From: an uncultured bacterium
GTDB lineage: Bacteria; Bacillota_I; Bacilli_A; RFN20; CAG-826
Assembly: GCA_949293255.1 (NCBI GenBank)
Contig: CASFCL010000001.1
Location: 92,105-156,104, forward strand
Direction: 5' to 3'
DNA length: 64,000 nucleotides
Shown: in pieces, positions 38,904 through 48,453 of the stretch
Layout: each line of letters begins with the position of its first letter
How positions within the stretch are numbered: the first letter of the stretch is position 1
Translations under genes and position numbers: made by a program
The notes under the pieces: model-generated
Told to the model about the DNA's origin: nothing
The model's input: the letters and a program-made list of their open reading frames with translations, nothing else
Databases searched by the model: none

Positions 38904-40469
38904 CTATATTTTTTCAATTTTTTCGACAATAATTTGCACTGATTTTCTATTGTTATAGACGTTTAAAGCCATCTTTCCATAAAGGGTTATAGTTTCTAGA
39001 CCTAATATTGACTGATCAAAATTGAAATAAACAATTTTTCCTCCAGTTGACCAGTTCATGTAATTTAAATGCTTTCCGCCTTTCATAAAGTTAAATTTAG
39101 AAACTGGAAAATTTGAAATTTTGAATAAAGGTAAATTTAATCCGATTCCAAAAGGTGCAAATGAATTTAAAATATTCAAATTTTCCATGTTAATTTCATT
39201 TTCATCGATTTCAACAAAATCAGAAACATTTGAATTAAATGGATGACTTAAGGCAAAATCTTCTAGCTTTTCTTCAAATTTTGTTAAATCGTCTTTTCTA
39301 ATTGCTAATCCTGCTGCTTGAGCATGTCCACCATGTCTAACTAATAATTCTCCACATTCATCGAAAAATTCATTAATATCAAATCCATTTTTTGATCTTA
39401 TCGAACCTTTTAAAATTGAAGGATCATTACTATCTTCACAAAGCACAACCGATGGTTTATTAGCGGTACTTAAAACGTTATTTGCAATTAATCCACAAAG
39501 ACCTTCTTCGATATCACTTTTAAATAAGCAAATTGAAGTTTTATCATTATAATCATCTTTATTAAAGACAAATTCATTTACAAGTTGTTTTCTAAGTGAA
39601 TTTATATAATTAATCCACTCATATTCTTCTGCTGTTGTAAATGTATTAATATTTTTAAAATATTGAACGATTCTCTTGTTTTCTTTTGTTAAAACAATTC
39701 TTCCGATAGCATTAACTTTTGGAGCAATTTTTAAACTGATTGTTGTTTCATTAAAGTTAATGGCGTTTTCAGCAAGTAAAACAAGATTTTTATATCTAGA
39801 AACATTTAAGATTTTTAAACCTAATTTTACAAGATCATGATTATAGGAACGTAATTCCATCATATCACTGATAAGAGAAATCATTCCTAAAACAAGTAAA
39901 TAATCATCGATAAATCCAAGCATGCACCAGGAAAAATAAAAACAAACTGCTCCTGCACTTAAATTTATTGGTCCGAAATTTGAATAAGTTGGATGAAGGA
40001 TGAATTTTGCGTTTGGAATGTTATCTACATCTAATGGATGATGATCAAAAATAACGACATCTACCCCAATTGAGTTAGCATAATCTACTTCATCTTTTAA
40101 AGTAATTCCATTGTCTACACAAAGGATAATATCGTAGCCTTTTTTCTTGATTTTATCGATATTGTCTTTAGTTAAACCATATCCATCTTTATCTCTTAAA
40201 GGAATATAGTAATCATGGTTAATTCTAAAATGATCAAATAAAAGTGACATTATCGATGTTGACATGATTCCATCACAATCATAATCACCATAGATATAGA
40301 CTTTTTTGTTTAATTTTTTAACTTCAAAAAAGTAATCTTTAATCTTTTCGATATCTTTAAAATGAGAAAAATCAGGAATGGTTTTTTTAGTTACATCACT
40401 CCTTAAACTGTCATATTCTTCATATGACATCGAATAAAACTGTAATAATTTATCTAAAAAATTTCCCAT
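38904..40469 (-). CDS. recJ: DHH-family single-stranded-DNA exonuclease RecJ-like
   Basis: DHH motifs (GDYDCDGI, DHH) and DHHA1 (GGHAQAAG). Synteny matches secDF-recJ-relA. Confidence 0.75.
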   Translation of the reverse strand: MGNFLDKLLQFYSMSYEEYDSLRSDVTKKTIPDFSHFKDIEKIKDYFFEVKKLNKKVYIYGDYDCDGIMSTSIMSLLFDHFRINHDYYIPLRDKDGYGLTKDNIDKIKKKGYDIILCVDNGITLKDEVDYANSIGVDVVIFDHHPLDVDNIPNAKFILHPTYSNFGPINLSAGAVCFYFSWCMLGFIDDYLLVLGMISLISDMMELRSYNHDLVKLGLKILNVSRYKNLVLLAENAINFNETTISLKIAPKVNAIGRIVLTKENKRIVQYFKNINTFTTAEEYEWINYINSLRKQLVNEFVFNKDDYNDKTSICLFKSDIEEGLCGLIANNVLSTANKPSVVLCEDSNDPSILKGSIRSKNGFDINEFFDECGELLVRHGGHAQAAGLAIRKDDLTKFEEKLEDFALSHPFNSNVSDFVEIDENEINMENLNILNSFAPFGIGLNLPLFKISNFPVSKFNFMKGGKHLNYMNWSTGGKIVYFNFDQSILGLETITLYGKMALNVYNNRKSVQIIVEKIEKI

Positions 40470-40506
40470 ATAAATAAATTAAATGGTCATTTCTGACCAT
40501 TTAAGA

Positions 40507-43473
40507 TTAATCGTTAATACCGATAAAAATTGCTTCAGTTGGACCTTCGTCTTTAAGATTTCTACGTCCGTCTTTTCTTCCTTTAACTCTAGTTGATGCT
40601 GAATTTCTTATTGTTAAGAACCATTTATCAAATAAAATTTCGGAAGGAATGTATAAGACTTTGATAAACATAAAGAATAAGATAATTCCAACTAAGATTA
40701 ATAAGCACATCATCGTTTCAACGCCTGAAGCGAAGAATAATGACATAACTCCAAAGCCAATTAATAATCCTGTTGTAAGAATATTTTCGTTAGCAATATT
40801 AATTGCATATTCGAATTGTTCGTATCTAAGTTCTCTATTAGCTTGAAGTTCTTTCTTATTTTCATTGAATACTTCTTTTTCAGCAAGGAAGTATGAATTA
40901 AACATTAATAAGAAGATTCCAATTAATAATAATGCTGCAAATGTGATTGCTGATGAAGCTGGAACTCTAATTAAAGAGAAGATTCCAATTGAGACAACTA
41001 CTCCAGCAGATGACATAAGTAATGCTGATAAAGCTCTTGATGGTCCAAATCTAATTGCAAAGTATAAGCAAGCAACTCCAACGCTAATTGAAACACCAAT
41101 TAAGGTATATAAACCAGCACTATTATTATCAAATGTTTCAACATTTTTGAGTTCGCCAGTTCCATCGGTATTTAATGATTGATAAGCAATATCACTTAAT
41201 GCTTCAAGAAGGTTATTTGTTGAAATGACGCTTGAATTATTAACTGTGTAATAATAAGTTGTGTCAGTTAAGCTATAATTTTCAACTGAAATGTAGGTTT
41301 GTAAATCAACTACGAAGAAGTAAACCCTATTGGTTGCATCTTCGTTTTTATATTCATAATAGTAATTTGTAACTTCAATATCTTCTGCACTTGAAACATC
41401 TAAGACTTTATTTTCTAATGCTGAATCTGTTGATAATGAAGCAAGACCTTCTTGATAAATAAGAAGATTATTTGTAATTCTATTATCAATGTTATCAGAT
41501 GGGTTTTGATATAAACTTTGAGCATAGAACATTGTAGTCATTGATGAACTATCAGTTGGATATAATGATCCATCAATTGCTTGGAATGTAGCAATTCCTG
41601 CAATTGAAGCAACTAATAAGATAAGTCCGACGATTGAATAAACCTTTTTAGATGTTTTATTTTGTTTAGTTTTATAAACATCGAAGTAAGTTGGTTTTTC
41701 ATCATTTAATAAATTTGGAATAAGTTTTGGTTCTAAAGCAAGTAATCTTGGTTTATTTGCAATGAATGAACTTGTGTAAAGTAAGTAAGAAATTGCTCTT
41801 AATGCGATACCGTTGATAAGGACATTTAAGCAAGATCCAACTACTAACATTGTTCCAAATGCAAGGGTAATTGTACTTGGAATTAAGTATGTGACGATTC
41901 CAAGAATTAAACCAATAATTGAAGAATCAAGCATATACCAGAATGATTTTTTACCACCATCTTGATATGCTTTTTTGAAGTTCTTACCTAAATAAATATC
42001 GTTTTTAATCTTTTTAAATAAGGAAGTTGTTGTAAATAATGAGATTGCTAGTAAAGTTAAAATTCCTAAAATTGCACCAATATTGAAATAAATTCCGAAC
42101 ATATTGAATGTTGCAAGTGTTGCAACAAGGATTCCTAAAGTTGAGATTGCTCCTAATAATCCTGGAAGTCCAAAATTAAGAATCATAAATAAAGCAATAA
42201 TTACTGTACCAACAATTCCTGCAATTAATAATGAAGAAAGGGTAACTTTTTGATTTTCAACAAGGTATTCAACTTGTGGATCATTTGTTTCGGTATAAGC
42301 ATATGAACCACCTTCGTTTGTTAAATTAATTTCATAACCATAAGTTGTAGCATTTAATTTTCCTGCCCAGATGTTTGCTTTTTGATAGGCAAGAGTTGAA
42401 TCAGTTACAACTGTTCCATAATATGATGCTTCATCACTTGCATCTAATAAATCGTATCCACCAAAATAAATTTCTTCATAAGTTGGATCTTCTTCGGTGT
42501 TATTAGCATCATAATCCCAGTAAACATTAGTAATTGCGGTCGCATCGATTGTAAATAAGACGTGTTCTTTGATTTCGTTTGCAAATAAATTTGATGTTCC
42601 GTCATTTTCAAGTAATGTTTCTAAGTCTAAATTTGAAAGCCAGTTATTAAGAACAAAGATTTTGTTTTCATCAGGTGTTTCAGTTTCTTCTTCGGTTGTT
42701 CCATCGGTTGTTCCATCGGTTGTTCCATCAGGTTCTAAACCGGTACCGATGTTTGTTTTTAATACATCAGTTTTTGATAATCCGTTAACTGTTGTGTCTT
42801 CTTCAGTACTTTCTCCTGAATCGCCTCTTGCTTGTTCGTAAAGATCTTTAAATCCTTCTGGGTTAGCAAGTCCGACGACAACATATGGATAACCATTTCT
42901 ATATTCAACATAAGCACTTCCTGGTTCGAAGAATCTTGTGTCGTTATCGCTACTTTCTGATGTTGAAACAAATTCACTATAATCGGTAGTTGGAGTAACG
43001 TAATTTAATCCTGTGTTTGAAATGTTTGAGAAGACGGTTTGAGCATCATCTCCAAGGACGATATTTGTTTCACTACCATAAGTTGAAGCCATCATTGACC
43101 AGCTAAAATTAAGGTAAGAAGCGACATCATCATAAAGTGAGGTTGCGGTTTTAAAGGTAACTTTAATTGTATCGTAACCATCAGTTTCAATGTTGTATTC
43201 ACTAACTTGAGCGATATCGAGTCTATCTCTAAAAGTATCAACTACATCATCTAAAATCTCTTGTTTATCATCATCGTTATAAGAATTAAAGATGTTTTGG
43301 TCTAAATTATTTGCTGAATCTGTAGTGATTCTATCTCCAATTTTATAGACATATGTTCTACTTCTTGAATAGTCGATATTTCCATTAATGCTATTTAAAG
43401 AAGGAATAATTCCAACCCCTAAAGCAATAAGGGAAGTGACTGCAAGTGTAATATATCCTAAGAATTTTTTCAT
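40507..43473 (-). CDS. secDF: Protein translocase subunit SecDF fusion (988 aa) with enlarged extracytoplasmic domains
   Basis: Two copies of the pattern TM, large loop, 5-TM bundle, including the SecF-like YFAIRFGP. An acidic (TTDG)n repeat region is present. Confidence 0.7.
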   Translation of the reverse strand: MKKFLGYITLAVTSLIALGVGIIPSLNSINGNIDYSRSRTYVYKIGDRITTDSANNLDQNIFNSYNDDDKQEILDDVVDTFRDRLDIAQVSEYNIETDGYDTIKVTFKTATSLYDDVASYLNFSWSMMASTYGSETNIVLGDDAQTVFSNISNTGLNYVTPTTDYSEFVSTSESSDNDTRFFEPGSAYVEYRNGYPYVVVGLANPEGFKDLYEQARGDSGESTEEDTTVNGLSKTDVLKTNIGTGLEPDGTTDGTTDGTTEEETETPDENKIFVLNNWLSNLDLETLLENDGTSNLFANEIKEHVLFTIDATAITNVYWDYDANNTEEDPTYEEIYFGGYDLLDASDEASYYGTVVTDSTLAYQKANIWAGKLNATTYGYEINLTNEGGSYAYTETNDPQVEYLVENQKVTLSSLLIAGIVGTVIIALFMILNFGLPGLLGAISTLGILVATLATFNMFGIYFNIGAILGILTLLAISLFTTTSLFKKIKNDIYLGKNFKKAYQDGGKKSFWYMLDSSIIGLILGIVTYLIPSTITLAFGTMLVVGSCLNVLINGIALRAISYLLYTSSFIANKPRLLALEPKLIPNLLNDEKPTYFDVYKTKQNKTSKKVYSIVGLILLVASIAGIATFQAIDGSLYPTDSSSMTTMFYAQSLYQNPSDNIDNRITNNLLIYQEGLASLSTDSALENKVLDVSSAEDIEVTNYYYEYKNEDATNRVYFFVVDLQTYISVENYSLTDTTYYYTVNNSSVISTNNLLEALSDIAYQSLNTDGTGELKNVETFDNNSAGLYTLIGVSISVGVACLYFAIRFGPSRALSALLMSSAGVVVSIGIFSLIRVPASSAITFAALLLIGIFLLMFNSYFLAEKEVFNENKKELQANRELRYEQFEYAINIANENILTTGLLIGFGVMSLFFASGVETMMCLLILVGIILFFMFIKVLYIPSEILFDKWFLTIRNSASTRVKGRKDGRRNLKDEGPTEAIFIGIND

Positions 43474-43613
43474 ACGTTAACCTCACATTTCTGCGTCTAA
43501 GAAAAGGTTTATAAATATATATTTATAAACATACCCAAATAATATACATTAAAAGGCCCAATTATACAAACTTTTTTTGTTTCTATTTTCGTATCTCTCC
43601 TACTAAAAATTAA

Positions 43614-44591
43614 CTAAAATTGAGGTTTATGCTTTTCTAGGTATTTTTTGTATAAATTTTTACCACTTTCTGTGAGTTTTCGACCGGTTTTTGTTCTTTC
43701 AATTAATCCTAAATTTACTAGATACGGTTCATTAATTTGTATGATGTCATTAGGATTTTCATTTAAATATTGAGCGATGATATCCATCGAGACACCACCA
43801 TTAGAAAATTTGTTATAAAAAATTGAGATAATTTCAAAATCTAATTTTGTTAAACCTGACTCATTTATATCGATAAAATCGAAGAAATTACTGATATCTT
43901 TTTGAGTGATATTGGTTAAATTATTGTAAATTTTATAGTCTAAAAGTCTTTTTAAAATGTTATTTGCAACACGAGGTGTTTTTCTACTTCTTCTAGCAAT
44001 TTCTAAAGCTGATTCTTTTCCGATATTTAAAGATAATTTTTTAGCATTATTTTGGATAATTTGACTTAATTCATAATTGGAATAATATGAAAATTTAAAG
44101 ACAATACCAAAACGATCTCTTAATGGAGTAGAAAGTTTTGAAGCGTTGGTCGTTGCTCCAATAATTGTAAAATGAGGTAGATTTAGCGACAAAATTTTCG
44201 TTCTATCTTCATTTTTATAAGAAATATTTATCGTTGAATCTTCTAAAACACTATATAAAATTTCTTCAATTTCAGGTTCAAGTCGATGAATTTCATCAAT
44301 AAATAAAATGTTACCTTCACTAATTTGAGAAACAATTTCTACCATCTCTCCAATGCTTTCAATTGAAGGAGCTGAAACACTTATAATTTTACTTTCAAGT
44401 TCATTAGCAATTACGCTTGCTAAGGTTGTTTTTCCTAGTCCTGGCTGTCCATAAAATAATAAATGATCTAAACTACTTTTTCTCTTTTTTGCACTAAACA
44501 AAAAGACCTTCAATTGATTGATAATGTCGTTTTGACCGAAGAAATCTTCTAATTTAGTCGGTCTAAGGTTTAAAATCTCTTTTTTAGGCAT
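43614..44591 (-). CDS. ruvB: Holliday junction helicase RuvB
   Basis: AAA+ Walker A (GQPGLGKTTLA), Walker B (LFIDEIHRL) and a C-terminal winged helix. Confidence 0.9.
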   Translation of the reverse strand: MPKKEILNLRPTKLEDFFGQNDIINQLKVFLFSAKKRKSSLDHLLFYGQPGLGKTTLASVIANELESKIISVSAPSIESIGEMVEIVSQISEGNILFIDEIHRLEPEIEEILYSVLEDSTINISYKNEDRTKILSLNLPHFTIIGATTNASKLSTPLRDRFGIVFKFSYYSNYELSQIIQNNAKKLSLNIGKESALEIARRSRKTPRVANNILKRLLDYKIYNNLTNITQKDISNFFDFIDINESGLTKLDFEIISIFYNKFSNGGVSMDIIAQYLNENPNDIIQINEPYLVNLGLIERTKTGRKLTESGKNLYKKYLEKHKPQF

Positions 44592-45132
44592 TTTTTAATA
44601 CCTCGATTGCCTTTTTAAAAGCTGTACTTTCATCTAAACCAGGTTGAACTTTGGTTAAAGCAGATGAAATTAAATAATCATTATAACCGAGACTTTTCAA
44701 CGCTCTAAAAACATTATCATATTCAAGAGTATTTAATTTGCAACTATCAAATTTTTTATATAATTTGTTGATGAAAAATGAAGCCTTTGATCCAATTCCA
44801 CTTATTTTTTCTAATCCTGCAACATCTTTAGATTTTACATAAGAAACAAACATTTCATAATTTATGTTTCTTAATATTGATAAGGCAGTTTTTGGCCCAA
44901 CTCCTTGTATTAAATTTAATTTTTCAAAAACTTCTTTTTCTTTTTCATCTAAAAACCCATAAACGGACACATCATCTTCATAAACTTTAAAATAAGTATA
45001 AATTTTGCACTCTTCCCCTTCAAATAACTCATTTGTTCGGTTCATGTAAATTTTTATGCCGAAAGGGCCAGTTGATACAACAACTGAATTTTTAAGTATT
45101 TTTGTAATAATTCCTTGAATAAAACTTAGCAA
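44584..45132 (-). CDS. ruvA: Holliday junction DNA-binding protein RuvA
   Basis: OB domain followed by tandem HhH (GVGPKTAL, ISGIGSKA). It overlaps ruvB. Confidence 0.85.
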   Translation of the reverse strand: MLSFIQGIITKILKNSVVVSTGPFGIKIYMNRTNELFEGEECKIYTYFKVYEDDVSVYGFLDEKEKEVFEKLNLIQGVGPKTALSILRNINYEMFVSYVKSKDVAGLEKISGIGSKASFFINKLYKKFDSCKLNTLEYDNVFRALKSLGYNDYLISSALTKVQPGLDESTAFKKAIEVLKNA

Positions 45133-45152
45133 TTTACTTTTATAAGCAAATT

Positions 45153-46421
45153 TTATTCGAAATATTCAAACTCAAAATCTTCTAATTTAACGGTATCGCC
45201 GTTTTTTGCACCAAGTTCGTGTAATTTTTCATCGACTCCTATCTTATCAAGGTAATGAATTAATCTAAGCATACCTTCATCTTCTGAAATGTTAATAAGA
45301 TGATAAGTACGGATAACTCTTTCTCCAAGAATTTGGTATGTATTTTCATTAATTTTCTTAATTTCAAAAGTATCTTCTTGTTTATCAAGATCAAAGACAA
45401 CTTCTTGTTTATCGCTTTCATCAAAGATTGGATAAGTTTTAGCATCTTTTAATAATCCAACACATTTATTGATAACTTTATCTAAATTAAAGTTAGATAA
45501 AGAACTAATTGGTATAACTTCATTATCAGTTACTTTATTTTTAAATTCTTCATATTTTGCCATAGCTTCATCACTATCCACTTTACTAGCGACTACAACT
45601 TGTGGTCTATCGATAAGATGCATTCCATATTTTCTTAATTCTTCATTGATTGCTAAATAATCTTCATAAGGATCTCTACTTGATTCCATATCCACCATAT
45701 GGATCAAAACTTTTGTTCTTTCAATATGTCTTAAAAAATTTAATCCTAATCCTTTTCCTAAATGCGCACCTTCAATAAGACCTGGCATATCAGCTAAAAC
45801 AAAGCTTGAATCATCAGTTTTTACTACCCCTAAGTTTGGAATCAAGGTAGTAAAATCATAATCTCCAATTTCAGCTTTACAGTTAGTTGTGCAAGAAATA
45901 AATGTAGATTTTCCAACACTTGGGAAACCAATAATACCGACATCAGCTAATAATTTTAATTCAACGATAATTCTTTTTTTCTCGCCTGGAAGGCCGTTTT
46001 CAGCAATTTTTGGTGCTTTGTTTCTTGAATTTTTAAAACAAGCATTGCCTCTTCCACCTCTTCCGCCTTTACAAATCATAAAGGTTTTTCCATCTTCATT
46101 TAAATCAGCAACAAATTGGTGGTTTTCTTCTAAAAAAACTACGCTCCCAATTGGTAAATCAATATAGATATCTTTGGCTGAACGGCCATATAAATTTTTA
46201 ATATCACCATTTTCACCATCTTCTGCTCGTATAACTTTTGAATGTCTAAAATTAAATAAAGTTGTGACAGATTTTGATGCACGAAGAAAAACAGAACCTC
46301 CTCTTCCGCCATTTCCACCATCTGGACCACCGCGAGGTCTATTCTTTTCTCTTAAGAAAGAGATTCTTCCATCTCCACCTTTCCCGCTTCTAATTTCTAA
46401 AATTACACGATCAATAAACAT
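45153..46421 (-). CDS. obg: GTPase Obg
   Basis: Gly-rich Obg fold (GGDGG...GGNGGRGG), G domain (GFPSVGKST) and a C-terminal OCT domain. Confidence 0.9.
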   Translation of the reverse strand: MFIDRVILEIRSGKGGDGRISFLREKNRPRGGPDGGNGGRGGSVFLRASKSVTTLFNFRHSKVIRAEDGENGDIKNLYGRSAKDIYIDLPIGSVVFLEENHQFVADLNEDGKTFMICKGGRGGRGNACFKNSRNKAPKIAENGLPGEKKRIIVELKLLADVGIIGFPSVGKSTFISCTTNCKAEIGDYDFTTLIPNLGVVKTDDSSFVLADMPGLIEGAHLGKGLGLNFLRHIERTKVLIHMVDMESSRDPYEDYLAINEELRKYGMHLIDRPQVVVASKVDSDEAMAKYEEFKNKVTDNEVIPISSLSNFNLDKVINKCVGLLKDAKTYPIFDESDKQEVVFDLDKQEDTFEIKKINENTYQILGERVIRTYHLINISEDEGMLRLIHYLDKIGVDEKLHELGAKNGDTVKLEDFEFEYFE

Positions 46422-46480
46422 AATTTGTAGTTCCTTTAAAAGAAAACCACCTACTTAAAAGCAGGTGGTTATAATTTAAC

Positions 46481-46777
46481 TTATGCTAATTCGTAAACAC
46501 TTACGCGTTTTCTATTTTTGCCGACTCTTTCGAATTTAACTACTCCAGCTTTTAAGGCAAAAATTGTGTCGTCTCCACCCTTTTTGGTGTTAACACCTGG
46601 GTAGATTCTTGTACCGCGTTGTCTATAAATTATTGCTCCTGCTTTACAAGTTTGGCCATCAGCAACTTTAACTCCAAGTCTACGACCAGCGGAATCTCTT
46701 CCGTTTTTGGTACTACCGACACCTTTATGTGAAGCGAAGAGTTGTATATCAAGTTTAAATCTTAATTCCATTTTCAT
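46481..46777 (-). CDS. rpmA: 50S ribosomal protein L27 with a cleavable N-terminal extension (Prp site ...LFAS|HKG)
   Basis: Conserved [12 protein letters not shown] motif. The extension ends in FAS, like the Firmicutes pro-L27. The true start may be the internal Met (MELRF). Confidence 0.85.
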   Translation of the reverse strand: MKMELRFKLDIQLFASHKGVGSTKNGRDSAGRRLGVKVADGQTCKAGAIIYRQRGTRIYPGVNTKKGGDDTIFALKAGVVKFERVGKNRKRVSVYELA

Positions 46778-47085
46778 CCATTCCTTTCTTCAATTCTAAT
46801 ATAGGTAGGAAATTGTTCATGTATAGTTTTGATTTGGGTAATCATTGTATCGAAGACAATTTGGTTATAATCATCAATTTCTTTAAGGCATTTACATTCA
46901 ACATATCCTTTTTCAATTTTAATTTGAAAGTCTTCAATGTTTTTTAATGCGTTAAGTCCACCGATAATTATTGAACTAATTGCACTACATACAATATCTT
47001 TGCCATATGTATCAAAATCTGCGTGTCCTTTTGAGACAAATTTTGATAATTTACTACCTTTTAAATAACAAGTGATTTCAATCAT
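46774..47085 (-). CDS. prp: Ribosomal-processing cysteine protease Prp
   Basis: A 103-aa protein with GHA...VCSAIS (Cys/His dyad), located between rplU and rpmA. Confidence 0.8.
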   Translation of the reverse strand: MIEITCYLKGSKLSKFVSKGHADFDTYGKDIVCSAISSIIIGGLNALKNIEDFQIKIEKGYVECKCLKEIDDYNQIVFDTMITQIKTIHEQFPTYIRIEERNG

Positions 47086-47393
47086 TATGCATTAATGCTT
47101 TTAATGACTAAACATGTGTAAGGTTGTCTGTGACCTTGAGTTCTACGATAATTGGCTTTAGCTTTGTATTTGAAAACTCTAATTTTCTTTCCAAGACCTT
47201 GTTTTTCAACAGTAGCCACAACTGTTGCTCCTTTAATTGTTGGATTTCCGGTTGTTACTTTATCTCCACCAATTAAGAGAACATCGTTAAAGGTAAAATC
47301 TTTTCCTGCTTCTACATCTAATTTTTCGACGTAGATTTTTTGTCCGACTTCAACTTTAAGTTGTTTTCCGCCAGTTAAAATTATAGCGTACAT
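47085..47393 (-). CDS. rplU: 50S ribosomal protein L21
   Basis: N-terminus [18 protein letters not shown] and a length of 102 aa. Confidence 0.9.
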   Translation of the reverse strand: MYAIILTGGKQLKVEVGQKIYVEKLDVEAGKDFTFNDVLLIGGDKVTTGNPTIKGATVVATVEKQGLGKKIRVFKYKAKANYRRTQGHRQPYTCLVIKSINA

Positions 47394-47498
47394 TTAGTGC
47401 CCTCCTTTTTGATAAAATTACTCGCTCTGAAGGTACTATTTTCATAGTTTAAGGAACCTTTTTAATGCGGTTGTAAACCATTAGGGGTTACAACGCTT
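47394..47498 (-). promoter_or_regulatory. Structured 5' leader upstream of rplU, at the position of the Firmicutes L21 ribosomal-protein leader
   Basis: On the minus strand the stem GCGTTGTAACCCC-UAAU-GGTTTACAACCGC lies between the promoter and the SD (AAAGGAGGG). It sits where the autoregulatory L21 leader is expected, but that identity is not established. Confidence 0.4.
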
Positions 47499-47501
47499 GT
47501 T

Positions 47502-47530
47502 AATATACCAAAAGTTTGGGTTTAAGTCAA
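47502..47530 (-). promoter_or_regulatory. Sigma-A promoter for the rplU-prp-rpmA operon
   Basis: Minus-strand TTGACT, 17-bp spacer, TATATT. Confidence 0.5.
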
Positions 47531-47536
47531 TGTTAA

Positions 47537-48214
47537 TTAGAGTAATTTACTTTCTTTAAAACTAAAATAATTATTTGAAGAAATAATAAGATGATCAAGA
47601 AAAATGATATTCAAGTTTTTACACTCTTCACTTAATTCATATGTCGATATTAAGTCGTTATTTGATGGTTGATTATTTATGGTTAGATGACTATGAATAA
47701 GAATAAATAAATCTATATTTAAATCTTTAATGATAGTAATTATATGCTTTAAAGAGTAAGTGATGCTTGCATTATTACCATCCCCAAGAAAAATCTTTTT
47801 AATCCTTTTAAAATTTTTATAGCCTATTAAATAAAGTGATTCTTTTTTGTTATTAGATAAAAGAGAGTGAAATTCTTTATAAAAACACTTCGGATTATAT
47901 TTATTAAAATTCATCAATTCATTCAACTCTTCGTCTTTTCTTTTTGCTAATTCAAAACACGCTAATAACTTTAAAGCCTTAGCATTTGAAAGACCCTTAA
48001 AACTTTTTAAATAAGAAAGATCTTTAGTGAATAAAGTTGCGATTGAATCGGACATATTTAAAATTTCGTTAGCTAGATCTAATACTGATTTTTCTTTAAT
48101 TCCACTACCCAAAATCAAAGCTAAAAGTTCAATATTAGAAAGCGAAGAAATTCCCTTTTCAAGCGCGTGTTCGCGTGGTCTTGAATTCGGAACCAAATCT
48201 TTGATTTTAATCAT
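47537..48214 (-). CDS. radC: RadC-like JAMM-family protein (UPF0758)
   Basis: N-terminal HhH (ELLALILGSGIKEKSVLDLANEIL) and a JAMM-like H.H...S..D region (ILIHSHLTINNQPSNNDL). Confidence 0.75.
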   Translation of the reverse strand: MIKIKDLVPNSRPREHALEKGISSLSNIELLALILGSGIKEKSVLDLANEILNMSDSIATLFTKDLSYLKSFKGLSNAKALKLLACFELAKRKDEELNELMNFNKYNPKCFYKEFHSLLSNNKKESLYLIGYKNFKRIKKIFLGDGNNASITYSLKHIITIIKDLNIDLFILIHSHLTINNQPSNNDLISTYELSEECKNLNIIFLDHLIISSNNYFSFKESKLL

Positions 48215-48217
48215 TCA

Positions 48218-48400
48218 TTATGTCCATTGAAAAGAATATCCACCTGGTAATTTAACTGCGCCTTCACCACTCATAAATAATCGGTAAGCAATAACGGTGA
48301 TAATTGCGATAGCTAAAATAGCCATTACAGTTGCAAGGGTAATAGCTTCACCAGGTTGAATCGTGTTCAATTCTTCATCTGATATTTCGATTTTGCTCAT
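48218..48400 (-). CDS. Small single-pass membrane protein (60 aa), function unknown
   Basis: Acidic N-terminus, one TM helix (AITLATVMAILAIAIITVIAY) and a Gly-rich C-terminal tail. It lies 3 nt upstream of the radC start. Confidence 0.35.
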   Translation of the reverse strand: MSKIEISDEELNTIQPGEAITLATVMAILAIAIITVIAYRLFMSGEGAVKLPGGYSFQWT

Positions 48401-48453
48401 TTTCTACCTCCTTTCACTATACAAGATGCCAGCAAGTAGAAAAATTTACCAAA

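Noticed and set aside
42690-42745. Short tandem repeat considered as a CRISPR array or minisatellite
   Set aside because: It is only three 12-bp units, in-frame inside secDF, with no spacers. No CRISPR repeat-spacer architecture exists anywhere in the window.
46139-46458. Plus-strand ORFs (94 aa, rich in Pro, Gly and Ser) and a minus-strand ORF (63 aa) inside obg
   Set aside because: These are alternative frames across the Gly-rich Obg N-terminal domain. The obg frame is clearly the real one.
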